Source: Xylographa opegraphella
Taxonomy: Eukaryota
DNA: 35,237 nucleotides
Direction of reading: 5' to 3'
Assembly: GCA_022813865.1 (NCBI GenBank)
Contig: JALDZX010000108.1
Span: forward strand, 1 to 35,237
Positions 1 to 11,475 of the stretch are shown here, piece by piece. Below the pieces are notes generated by a model, which worked only from the letters and a program-made list of their open reading frames with translations, searched no databases and was not told where the DNA came from. Numbering within the stretch: the first letter of the stretch is position 1; every line of letters starts with the position of its first letter. A program made the translations under genes and the position numbers.

Positions 1-415
1 TTTTTGGGTGGGGGAGAGCAAAGTTTGAGCGCCAAGAGAATGCAAGCCTTTTGCACACGCTAATTATCTTGGATGTTTGCATGAGGGGCAGCAGCCGAGC
101 TCATGACCTGATTGAATTGCAGATCTTTCGCGATTATTACACAATACACTCTCTAAGCTCCAGACTTATGATCACTCTCCTTTGAGTATTGTCCTTGATC
201 ACCATGCCTAGGATTTCCACACCACTATAGCGCAGCGAGGCCGTTTAGTACACTGTATTCCATAGCCGGTTTCTTCTTCAGCGTCACAAAACCAATTCTA
301 TACATTCGGTGTTCAATAGTACCAGTTTTCAATCAACCTCGTATCCCGGTGCTACCTTCACATATAACATATAGAAAAGTCTTAATGACTGTAACTGATC
401 ACAAGTGAGTTACTC

Positions 416-1027
416 ATGGATGCTCCCATGCTCGACCACGGGTCGCGTACCACGAAGGCGGATAGCATCAACGATGCGAACACCGCCATGCCAGGTACCA
501 ATAGCCCCACGAACAGCAAGCTCTTCACAAGCCCCGACACACTCTACTTCGCCTACGGCTCGAACCTCTCGCTACTGCAAATGCACGCTCGCTGCCCAAA
601 CAGCAAATTCCTCGGTGTCGGTCTTCTCAAGGGCTGGAAATGGATCATCAACAGGCGAGGATACGCCAACATTGTAGCCACGCAGGAGGCCTGGAGCCCA
701 GCGGTCCCGGACCGCTATGTCTATGGTCTTGTATATGCCCTGAGTCCGGCCGATGAGAACTCATTGGACGGGTACGAGAGCGTGCCAGATGCTTACACGA
801 AAGAGAACGTCTCGATCTCGTTCTGGCCGGAGGGGCAAGAGGTAGCTGGTGATGCAGCTCAGGAAGCGGTGGTACTGGTGTACGTCGATCGGAAAAGAAC
901 GGTCGATGCAATGCCAAGGACGGAGTATATCCAAAGGATGAAGCGCGGGATGAAGGAAGCTGGGAAGAAGGGGGTCCCTGAGGAGTGGATGAGATGTACG
1001 ATCGAGAGCTGGCTTTATATGTGCTGA
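416..1027 (+). CDS. Gamma-glutamylcyclotransferase-like protein (GGCT/AIG2-like fold; GliK-like family)
   Basis: Intronless 203-aa ORF with the GGCT-family N-terminal motif LYFAYGSNL, then GYANIV, VYGLVYAL and LDGYE (candidate catalytic Glu), and a C-terminal EYIQRMKRG...GVPEEW segment typical of the family. Confidence 0.85.
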   Translation: MDAPMLDHGSRTTKADSINDANTAMPGTNSPTNSKLFTSPDTLYFAYGSNLSLLQMHARCPNSKFLGVGLLKGWKWIINRRGYANIVATQEAWSPAVPDRYVYGLVYALSPADENSLDGYESVPDAYTKENVSISFWPEGQEVAGDAAQEAVVLVYVDRKRTVDAMPRTEYIQRMKRGMKEAGKKGVPEEWMRCTIESWLYMC

Positions 1028-1939
1028 AGTGGGCCATGACAAGGAACGCGGAAGCTTTTACTTCATGCCGGTGGATGTGGCAGCATCGAGTTCTCCACAG
1101 TCCATGTAGGAATGCCCGTTCACTTGGTTCTAGTCTTTTTCATTTGGGTCTTCATTATGCTTGACTGCTTCCAAGGCTCTCTCATTCATGATTCCTACCA
1201 AGTCGCGACCGCCGAAGACATACAGTGCTACAGTGCATGCGCTTGCTATGAAGAAGTACTGGAGCTTCATGTCCTCGGCGAACGTCCGCGTGGGTTTCGG
1301 TCGCTGTTGTCAACGATCCATCGCCGATGTAGCCTTTTTCAGTATGAGAATCCATCCTTTCCAACTGTAGGCCTAAGTTGAACGATATGGAAGTTCCTTT
1401 GACCAACAAATACTAATTTTACTCAGTCTGTCAGAGCACAAGACCCACCAATCCAGGTCTCTCTTGTAAGCCGTATGTATTGGCCTAGTGTTGCATAAGG
1501 TGTGCGAAGAAAGAGAATAATCCACGGGATGAGTGCCCGCTCTACTGCGCAGTCCACCACACTCAATCGCATAACTGTCTGATTGTAGTCACTCACAGAA
1601 TTCCAAACTGCGCAGACGCGAGCGATGAATACAGGAGTCGACAACGGGGACAGGAATATCTCATGTTCATGTGGGAATCTAGCTCCGAGACATGCCATTT
1701 GAACTCACGCGGCCACTACCAAAGTACAAAGAAATCATGGTCACCACGGTACCTTAAGCAGAGGTGCTAGGTAGGATCAGCAGAGTGGCGTTGGCCTTGG
1801 AGAGGAAGCCTTAAGCCACCTCAAAGATACGCGATAGTCCTGCACCATCAGATTTTATGCTTGCCAAAGCCAACAAAATTCGCACGTGTGAATCATAGTG
1901 AACCGTGCACTTTCTTTCGCATTGTGATTGAACTGATGA

Positions 1940-3683
1940 CTAGACTTTTTCTGAGACATCAGAACGAGGAAGGTCGACAATTTCCGAACCCCCAATGACA
2001 ATTGCCCGTGGGCCTTTGTATCCGCGGCCACCCTTCCACAGCCACCATGCAGTAATGAAGATAGTCAATCCACCGGTGATCAGACATGAGTAGTTCATGT
2101 TTGCCGCAGTGACTGGCAGCGCGTACGGGAAACAGTATATGACCACAAAGACAAGAATGTAGCAGCACGCTACTCCATTCATGATGAAGCCCAGCATGCC
2201 CTTCATCCAAAAAGGGCCAGGGACCACATTTGATCGCTTCGACAAGAGATGCGGTCCGATTGCCGAAATGTACGACAGAGTTGAGAAAACAACAAAGGAA
2301 CCCACAAAAGCGTTGAAGGCGGTCGACGAACCAACGTAGATGCAACCTAGAACCGTGCAGACACCACCGCAAACAAGAGTTGCATTGAACGGATTTCGCC
2401 ACGTTGCGCTGATCCTTCCCAGATGACCAGAGAATGGAGTTGCGTCATCTCGAGCGAGAGTCCAGAGCGTTCTTCCCGCTGTGATATAGCAACCAATAAT
2501 CGTACATATGAGTGGGAGTAAGATGACAAGCAGGAGACCCACAGTGCCAGCGTTACTGCTGGTCGCCTGACTGTAGATCACCGCTAGAGGGAAATTGGAG
2601 GCCCCTGATACAACAGGGTCAAGGTCTGAGATAGCATAGAATATGGCTATCATGTATAAGATGGCGGTAACGAAGCCTGCGCCCATTTGTGCAGCGATGC
2701 CCTTTGGCACATTCACTTCGGGTCGTGGAATCTCTTCCGACAGGTGTGAGATGCAGTCAGGGGTGCCCACGCTATAAGCTCCATTCTAAGCTAGATATCA
2801 ACACACAGTATTTGATAGTGTAAGAAGAGATACTCACCAACATTCCCAGCAGAAAGACGAGTCCATCAGAAGTGTATCCTATATCTGCGGACCAATCCCT
2901 CCAAACAAAATCGTTGCTAGCATAACCGTTACCAGTCCGGCTCGGCATAGTCGCACATACGACTATGGTGATGAAGACACCGGCGAGGATAAAGAACAGC
3001 CCCATATTATTGATCGCTGGCAGGGCTTTGTTCGCAAAAAGAACAATGCAGCAGGAACTCCAAGTGACAATAAGGTAGCTCACGAAGACATGCCAGGCGC
3101 TTGGGGTGAAATCTGGATGATAGACCCCATACATTGCAACGGTGCAGTTGCCCACGATTGCGCTCACCGAGGCGGCGCCGAATATCCAGGCGAAGAAGTT
3201 CCACCAGCCGGCAAAGAATCCCACCATACGTCCCCATCTAGGTCCCGGGGTAATGGAAGCCCAATGATAGACGCCTCCACTGGAAGGTACCGCAGAAGCA
3301 AGCTCGGCCAGGGAGGCTGCAATGATCCAGTAGAACACGGATACGGCGATGCTGCGACAGGCATTAGGAAATCCAGCCTGCGGCTACAGATGTCTAAAGA
3401 ATGACTCACAACTCGTAGAGAACTCCCGGCGGACCTCCATTGTAGATAGCGACGGCCTGTGACAACGTCAGCATATCGTTGCAATATTGCAGCAAGCGCA
3501 ACCCACGATACTACCACCCAAAGCGGCCCATGTGTTCCCAGTTACGATACCAACGGCGCTGATACTCAACAGACTGAAGTTGCGATCCAGCTGCTCATGT
3601 GCGGAGACCTCATCCAGCGTCTCTCCAAATGACGAATCACGAGGCAGGGCTGCATCTTCTTTCTGCTTAGCATCAACTTCCAT
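1940..3683 (-). CDS. APC-superfamily amino acid/choline/GABA permease (Hnm1/Uga4-like)
   Basis: Four exons: 3683-3507, 3456-3410, 3351-2838, 2785-1940, all GT-AG. The spliced product has LDRNFSLLS, NGGPPGVLYEF, SLAELASAVPSSGGVYHWAS, HLSEEIPRPEVNVPK and NMNYSC motifs plus many hydrophobic helices. Confidence 0.92.
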
Positions 3684-3842
3684 TGTTACCGCATTGTATG
3701 TCCACAAAGGCGAGCAAACCAAAAAAGGGGAAACAGATGAGGAACCGTGTATGGAATTTGGTTTCTTATTACATTTACCGATCCCAAGCTTTCCCCATAC
3801 CAAGGCTGGTGACGCAAGAGAATTATGGGGACGGAAGTTCGA

Positions 3843-3883
3843 GATAGGCGCGATAAGGATTGGCTCACGATAAGGAAGGATAG
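3843..3883. promoter_or_regulatory. Cluster of four GATA elements (putative AreA/NIT2 nitrogen-regulation sites) upstream of the permease
   Basis: GATAG 3843, GATAAG 3852, GATAAG 3869 and GATAG 3879 lie within about 40 bp, 160-200 bp upstream of the permease ATG. AGGCGCGATAAGG (3846-3858) recurs exactly at 4534-4546. Confidence 0.5.
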
Positions 3884-4712
3884 CCGAGAAGGGCGATGAC
3901 CAATAGATGTGAACATAGAAACATAGGTAGGCTCCCCATATACTCAGCACTTTTCCGAAGACGAGATATCGTGGGAGGAAAAGGATGGGCAAGCCCGATC
4001 AACAATGCCTGTTCATGTCAATCACAGCATGTAGCCTTGCTCACACGCTAGGAATCGAACTGAGATATGAAGCGACAAGATTAGCAGCAGGTAGAGGCGT
4101 TCGACGTTCCATTATAACGCTGTGGCACATATCATCGACATGTTCTTCAGTCACGCCTTTGAGGAACGAGTACAAAAGAAGAACTGTAAGGTATTATTTC
4201 CGCTATGCCGTCGACCTTCTTTGATGAAAGCGAAGCCACACTGCAGTGCTAGTACTGCCATTAGGCTGAATTACTACTAGTGTTCTCTAGCGACCAGCAA
4301 TATGATTGGATGGCCGAGTCGTGCATGGAAACGTGTGGCAGTGCAATCAGGGGAAGGAATACCCGAGAAATCAACAAGTACTCTCAGTTAGGTCAATGTA
4401 TCCAGGCTTGGAGGTGATTAACAGCAGAATTGTGTGACCTGGGAAGTATTATTTGATCAATTGTTTTTTCAACTTCGAGCAAATCCATCCAACAAATGGA
4501 ATTCAAACTTGTTGAGGCTCAATAATGGCTGAAAGGCGCGATAAGGTACCTTACCGGATCCATAGCCGAGAGCTACGATGACGGAATAACGATTGGAGTT
4601 CACGGTAGCAGCCTGAGTGACATTGCCGGATATCTCATCGAGTGGACATCACGGCTCCTACAGTATTGGAAGACTGCATGATTTTGCTGCCCATATCTCA
4701 AAGCAGGATCCG

Positions 4713-6763
4713 ATGTCGTTCCTGGGCTTGGAAGGCCTCCATGTGTTCATCACTGGAGCTGCTGGTGGCATAGGAAGTGAGGCGGTCACCGAGTTCTTGA
4801 GTACTTGATTTCCCCAACAATCCCAAACGTAGACTCTCTGAGACTTGAAAGATCAGGGTTGCAAGGTTACAGCCCACGATCTTCGTCCTATACAAAAACC
4901 CCCTCACGCAGACCTTCATATAGTGCAGGGAAACATCTCTGACGAAGATTCTATCCGATCATGTATTCTCGACGCCAGAGATCATTTTGGTCCTGTCAAT
5001 ATCCTGATTGCTAATGCTGGTATTACGGACGAGAGTCATGAGTACACCATCTGGGAGATACCCTTGGAGCTATGGAAGAAGACATACGACACCAATATCC
5101 AAGGCACATTCCTGACAATCAAGCACTTCTTACGAGCTGCAGAAGATTCCCAGAAGCAGACAGGTAAAGAGTTAGACAATCTGGCAATCGTGATTACTGG
5201 CAGCGAGACGGGGAAGTTTGGCCAAGCAGGTAGATATCTCTACGTCCATGACAACTTCTTGAAATCTATATCTTTCTTACTGACAAGCCAAGGTCATACC
5301 GAGTACGCATCGGGAAAAGCGGGGCTTCAATACGGTCTCATCAGAGGAGTCAAGAATGAAATCGTACGATTGAATGCCAAAGCGCGCGTGAACGCGGTGG
5401 CGCCTGGTTGGGTTGACACGCCGTTGATTGAAGGTAGACTGGACGATCCAAAGGAGTTATGGGCGGAGGCCCAAGCTACGTATGTTGCCAGCGTCCATCG
5501 ACGGTACTTATACAGGAGTCTGATGTCATCAAAGTGTACCTCTGCGGAAAATAGCCCAGCCTCATGATGTTGCGTGCGCAATGGCTTTCTTAGCCTCCCA
5601 TCGGGCTGCAGGACATATATCCGGCGAATGTATAAGTGTTGATGGAGGTATGGAAGGACGCATTGTCTGGAAGGAGGGAGAGATGAACGCGAAGGCTACG
5701 AGTATAGAGACTTCGTCCAGCTCAATGGACCACGCAAAAGTACCAAATAGCATACCGACTCCAGCATATTCCAGCAAAAAGCGGAAGATCAAAGTTGCTC
5801 TATCAGTGGATTTCGATGCCGTTTCCGGTTGGCTCGGTACTGGTAAGCACCCTGAAAACAACATGGCAGATTATTCGGCCGGTATATTTGCTGGTAAGGT
5901 CGGCGTCGTTCGACTTGTGAAATTGTTCCAGAAGCTCGGGATCGCCGACAAGATGACTTGGTTCATTCCTGGCCATTCCATGGAAACGTTTCCCGACGAG
6001 ACAAGAACGATCATCCAGAGCGGTTGCGAGATCGCTCTGCATGGATACTCGCATGAAGGGGCAGGTCAGATGAACGAGGAGCAAGAGAAGGATGTGATAT
6101 TGAGATGTATCGAACTAGCAACGACGTTGACGGGTAGAAAGCCTGTGGGCTGGCGTGCGCCACTCTATCAAATTCGCGAGGCGACATACACGATGCTTGA
6201 GGAGCTGGGTTTTGAATACGGTAAGCCTTGCGATAAACCTCGATGAAACATGCTCAAGTGTAAACTTCTTAGACACTTCTCTCTCTACACATGACAGTGA
6301 AGTGTTTTTCGCTCCTCGCAACCCTCCGATCCGGCTCCCCGACTTCTCCAACCAACCCGCCAAATCTTGGATGCAGCCTACCACAATCAACCAGTACAGC
6401 CAGAAGCTGGTGGAGATTCCGTGCAACTGGTACATGGAAGATGCCACGCCCCTCAACTTCTATCCGCACACCTCGAACTCGCATGGCTACGTTGATTCCC
6501 GGCTGATCGAGCAGATGTGGAAAGATCGTTTCATGTGGCTCTGGGACAATGAGCGGGAGCCGTCTGAAGACGGCAAGAAGACGAGCTTCCTGGTTTTCCC
6601 TCTGGTTCTACACCCCGACACCAGCGGAATGGCTCACATAATTGGAATGGTGGAACGGTTCTTGAAGTGGCTGCAGACATGGGGAGACGAGGTGGTCTTT
6701 GAGAAATATGAAGACATTGCAGCAGCATTCAAATTGGAACAAAGCAGAGTAGGTGGGAGTTAG
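4713..6763 (+). CDS. Fusion protein: N-terminal short-chain dehydrogenase/reductase + C-terminal CE4 polysaccharide-deacetylase-superfamily hydrolase (PuuE/HpPgdA-like)
   Basis: Exons 4713-4800, 4852-5229, 5293-5479, 5535-6220, 6273-6763. SDR motifs: TGAAGGIG, NAG, YASGK (YxxxK), VNAVAPGWVDT, ISVDGG. Within exon 4 the frame runs without a stop into CE4 motifs SVDFDA, TWFIPGH, HGYSHE and GWRAP. FEYDTS spans the last intron, followed by LVEIP and LHPDTSG. Confidence 0.9.
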
Positions 6764-7447
6764 GCTGTGCAGTGTCAGCGCGGGAAAGGAACAGGCATAG
6801 ACGATCCACCAATGAATGCAGCACATGTGATTGCGCCAGTAGGGAGTACATAGTATCGACGAGCCGTGGATACTCTTGAGCGGACAAAGAACAGTGTGCG
6901 AATCCAGCCAGCTCGATCTCACAAGCGCTTAAACAACCACCAAATCACGCCTTCGGGGTGACGACGACGAGATAGATACATTATCCTTTTGGGGCGCGCT
7001 CGGACAATCAGAATTCAGAGTTCGAGATACCCCCACAATCCCACTCTGACAAGTCACCGCTGCCACCCCCCTAGGACGAGTCGTGATGCACTGGTTGACC
7101 AGAACTACACCTCTCAACAACCAGAGTCAGGTCGTTTAGTGACAACCCGTCAAAGTCCCCATGCACCATTCTCACAAACTGGCGTGGTGAACCCAAAACC
7201 GGCCATACTCCGTAAGGTCGCTATCAACTTATCGACGCACATTCCGCTTCGGAGCTAAACGGCCGTAGTTCCACCACAATCTGAATTAGGCGGCCGATTC
7301 CCAAATTTTTTATTCGTCATTCCTTTCCACCTCGGACCAAGAAGCCCAATCCTAACCCGAATCTTTTGCTCACCGACCGCGACCGCAAAGCCCATAAACC
7401 CTCGCCAGACCCCATCCGCCCCTTCCCCCGTTTCCATTTCCCTCGCC

Positions 7448-8178
7448 ATGAACCCTCTCGTCCTGCCCGCTCCCCACCACCACGCCGCCACCCACAAGCC
7501 CGATGCCGCCCAAGACCTCCGACTCCCCCCCACCCCTCCCACCAGCACCTCCGAACTCGCCGGTCTTAAGATAAGGCTCCAGCGCTCCCTCCGCCAGTTC
7601 CCGGACTTCCCCTCGCCCGGCATCCTCTTCGAAGACATCCTGCCCCTCTTTGCCGACGCCGCCCTGCACCGCGACCTGCTGCGCGCGCTCGAGCTGCACA
7701 TCCTCGAGCACCACCCCAGCGCCGACGACCGCCCGGACGTCATCGTCGGCCTCGAGGCCCGCGGCTTCCTGTTTGGGCCCAGCCTCGCCCTGCGTCTCGG
7801 CGCCGGCTTCGTGCCCGTAAGGAAGCAGGGCAAGTTGCCCGGGCCGACGCAGACGGCGGGCTATGAGAAGGAGTATGGGACCGATTTCTTCCAGATCCAA
7901 GCCGACGCCATCAGGCCCGGGCAGAAGGTGCTGGTCGTGGATGATATCATCGCCACAGGTGCGTGTTGTATGGGGCCGGACACAAAATGCTCCCTGACGG
8001 TTTCACGCCCAGAATACTGACCGCGCGCAACGCAGGTGGTTCCGCCGCGGCGGCCGGGTCCCTGGTTCGGAAGCTCGGGGGCTCTTTGATCGGCTACGTG
8101 TTCATCCTCGAACTGGATTTCCTGCAAGGACGGCAGAAGCTCGATGCCGGGGCTTCGACTTTGCTGTCGAGTCAATGA
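7448..8178 (+). CDS. APT1: Adenine phosphoribosyltransferase
   Basis: Exons 7448-7958 and 8036-8178. Motifs FPDFPSPGILFEDI, VGLEARGFLFG, RKQGKLPG, YEKEYG and the PRPP-binding VLVVDDIIATGGS, which is joined across the intron. Confidence 0.95.
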
Positions 8179-8669
8179 GACGGTGGGGGCAATGATGGCG
8201 AGCTGGGGAAATAAATGTGTTGCGAGTGGTACTTCTACACAATTGACCCTTGGGGACGGTCAGGCTTGGAAGGCTTCAGTCTCCTGTGTCCCACTGCTCG
8301 TGCTTGGAGATACCAGAACTTTCAATAACAACCTGACTGCCTGGGATCAATCACCCGCGACGGCTCGACAGAACCATCTTCGACCAAGTCCTGGATGGGA
8401 TACAACGCTACTCGACTTGAAATCATAGACATTGTCCTTCCCCGACAGACTGCACGATGTAACGATGATGGATATCATGCGAGCCTTATACCTCTTACAG
8501 ATGATTCAATGTGAATAGACACCGAGCACATTTTCTATTTGGTGTATATAGAGCTTCTAATTACATACGCAAATATTAGAGGACACTCAGCGGCAAGGAC
8601 AGAATAAATTGTTGACGCAGACTACGCTGAATCAAGGCTCATACGGATACTCAAAGCAGTCACTTGGTG

Positions 8670-10593
8670 TCATTCCCGCTCGTGCGTACGGACTCCTTTT
8701 TCTTCGGCACCGATGGGATCCGTGTGGTCCGTATTCTCTATCCCTGTTGCCCCAGCCTTCGCCGGGAAGATAGTCCCGCCGCGATGTCCATCGGTATCTT
8801 CGGGATTGAAGATCGGCGCGCCGTTCTTGTCGTGCCAGTGAGGCTCCTCCTTTGCACACTTAACAACGTCGAACCAGCCGGTGGTGTTCCGGAAAATACT
8901 ATCCATCTCCTCAAGCGAGCGGTATGCGGTCTCCGGATAGAAAAAGTACACGACGGGCACGATAACCGCGTTACTACAGGCCGACGGTCAAGGTCAAGCT
9001 CCATCTCGTAGCAAGCATGGCGAACTTACATGACAGCAAAGACAATATACGTCTTGTACTTAATGGATGAAAACGAAACCGGCGTGATCATAACGACCAT
9101 GAAATTGAAAGCCCAGTTGGCCGACGTCGATAGAGCATTCGCTGGAGCTCTAATTCGCAGCGGGACAATCTCCGCAGGGTACAGCCATGTCATCCCCAAC
9201 CAACCAATCGCGAAAAATGTATTGAACACAAAGAGGAATGTTGCAGCACAAATACCGCCGCTGGCGTTGTTAAAGCTAGTAGCAATAGCAAGGATGACCA
9301 TTGAGAGAGACATGCCAGTTGCACCGAAGATCATGAGACTTCTACGCCCGAACCGTTCGATGGTGAACACTGCTATCCACGAAGCCGCAAAGTACTCTGT
9401 ACCGTTGGCTGCAGCAATTATGGTCGACAGAGTATGGCTAAGGCCAATCTGGTTTTGGTAAATCGTTGCAGCGTAGTAAGTAATGAGATTTATGCCCGAA
9501 ATTTGCTGAATTCAAAGTTTAGTCCTGTGCGAATAACGAACTTTTGAGTCAATACCTGGAAGACTTGGTTGACATAAGCAAGTACCGTTCGATGGAAATG
9601 CCGGGTCTCGGTCATAGTAAAAAGGTCACGGAAGCTACCCTGGGCCATTTCGAGTACGGTAGCTTTGATGGCTACGAAACCAGCATGTATCGTCGGATCG
9701 TCTAGAGGCAAATCGCTCAGTGCCGCAAGTACCGTGAGAGCTTCTTCTTCCTTTCCGTTAAGAATAAGCCATCGGGGTGATTCTGGAAGTCGCATTACTC
9801 TTATCTTGATCAGCGTTGTTCCACTATAAGGGGTGTAACACCTACAAACAAACAATAGTGAGTGCAATGACGATCTGGAAAGCGACCGGAAACCGCCAGG
9901 CAATTGACGAGGGCTCCAAGAACGAAAATCCAAAATCTAGCCAATAGCTTAGACAGATACCACCAGTAATCATTGCGCCTTCGATCATGACCAGTTGACC
10001 TCTTCGGTGCGACTTCGAACACTCTGATTGCCAGGTAGGAACAGTCGAGGTATTAAGACCGTTTCCTGAATGTCATCAACATGAGATCCTCGGCAAGCTT
10101 TTGGAAGCTATACCGACGCCGGTCACAAGCCGACCGACTATCAGCTGTGGGAGGGCAAAAGAGGAGCACTGTATGGCAGCGCCGATGACCATGATTGCCG
10201 ACCCCAACAGTATTGTCAAACGACGCCCGAGGATATTTCCAATCCAAATTGTCACAATCGCGCCAATCAAGCAACCAAGATTGTAAGATGCGATAGTGAT
10301 TCCTGCAGTTTCGTAAGCGGTTAGGTAGATATTAGGACCCAAATCGAGACGGATCTTTCAGACAGACCCTGAACAGTAGACTGGTGATTCTGAGCGGATG
10401 GAGAAAGGGCCTTGTAATGAGACGACGTGGTATCGATCTGCGGGAAGACATTGTAGAACGATGGTAAGGTTAACAGGCCTCCCATCACACCTTGGTCGTA
10501 GCCGAACAAGAAGAAGTCGGCTCCTGCAACAAAAGCAACAGCCAAATTCAACTTGAAGCCCCTCAAGCCGAAGAAGCGTGATCTGCTTGCCAT
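8670..10593 (-). CDS. MFS sugar porter, STL1-like (glycerol/sugar:H+ symporter family)
   Basis: Six exons: 10593-10368, 10302-10114, 10065-9846, 9799-9556, 9505-9030, 8973-8670. Motifs LFGYDQGVMGG, LGRR, STVPTWQSEC, PESPRW, QQISGINLITYY, ERFGRR, WLYPAEI and YPETAYRSLEEMD. Confidence 0.93.
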
Positions 10594-11475
10594 TCTTTGC
10601 GCAAGTGTGGTGAGCTAGGATCCAAGCTGGTGTTTTACACAGGAGTACCCCAGTGGTTCAACCGATACTCGGTGGCAAATCTTCGACCACAATTGACGCC
10701 CACAGTGAGTTGGTCATTGTGCTCTGGATATATAAGCATGTTAAGACCACCATAGGACGGGCTAAGAGAGCTGGGTAAGAAGAGGTGAGTGTCTGGGATC
10801 TCCAACGTTAGGGTTACCCTACCCCACACATGACATCAACCGACATCGATCGTCGGCGGGCCAGTGGGTCGAAGGCGCTCAACGGCCCATCTCGTACTCT
10901 CACACCGACATCGCTATTGATTTGTACGGTTTTTCGAATTCGAGTGCGGCTAGCGAGTCAGATGGGCGGTCCAACCCGACCTACCACGACGGATGCGATT
11001 AAGGGATGGGATCCTTGAACATTCGCTAGCTGTTCTATAGTGTACAACAAAGTAGCCCTTGCGGTGTCCATCAAAGTACCGAGTCCCTATCTCTAACAGC
11101 AAGTCAAAGAAGTCGGCCTATCTGGCTTCCGTTTCTGTATTTCCCATTCATGTACCGTACATACTGTAACCCATGTTGTCCTTGCCAGCTTGTCGTCGTT
11201 CTTTACTACGAGAAGCGAAGCCCTACGATGATTTCAAGCGAATCGGACGATGCCGCTAGTATCCGCAGTAGGGAGCTCACTAAGGGCCCGCAAATTCACG
11301 GCCCAACTATGTTCCGAAGTAAACAACAAACAACCATTTTCCGTTGAACTTGCGGATACCCAATAGCCATTTGTTCGCACCTCAGCATACTTCCAGGTGC
11401 CATAACTTCGTGCGACTATTGAAATGCTAGGTAGCATTCTCCAACATTTACGAGGTTGACATACACTTTCATATC

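Noticed and set aside
416..1027. GliK-like gene as a sign of an epidithiodiketopiperazine cluster
   Set aside because: No NRPS, GST, P450 or other ETP genes are in the window. The upstream flank is not visible.
7255..7900. Long antisense ORFs over APRT (and similarly 15035-16019 over msrA and 25815-26264 over the thaumatin gene)
   Set aside because: These are expected shadows of GC-rich coding sequence with no recognisable motifs.
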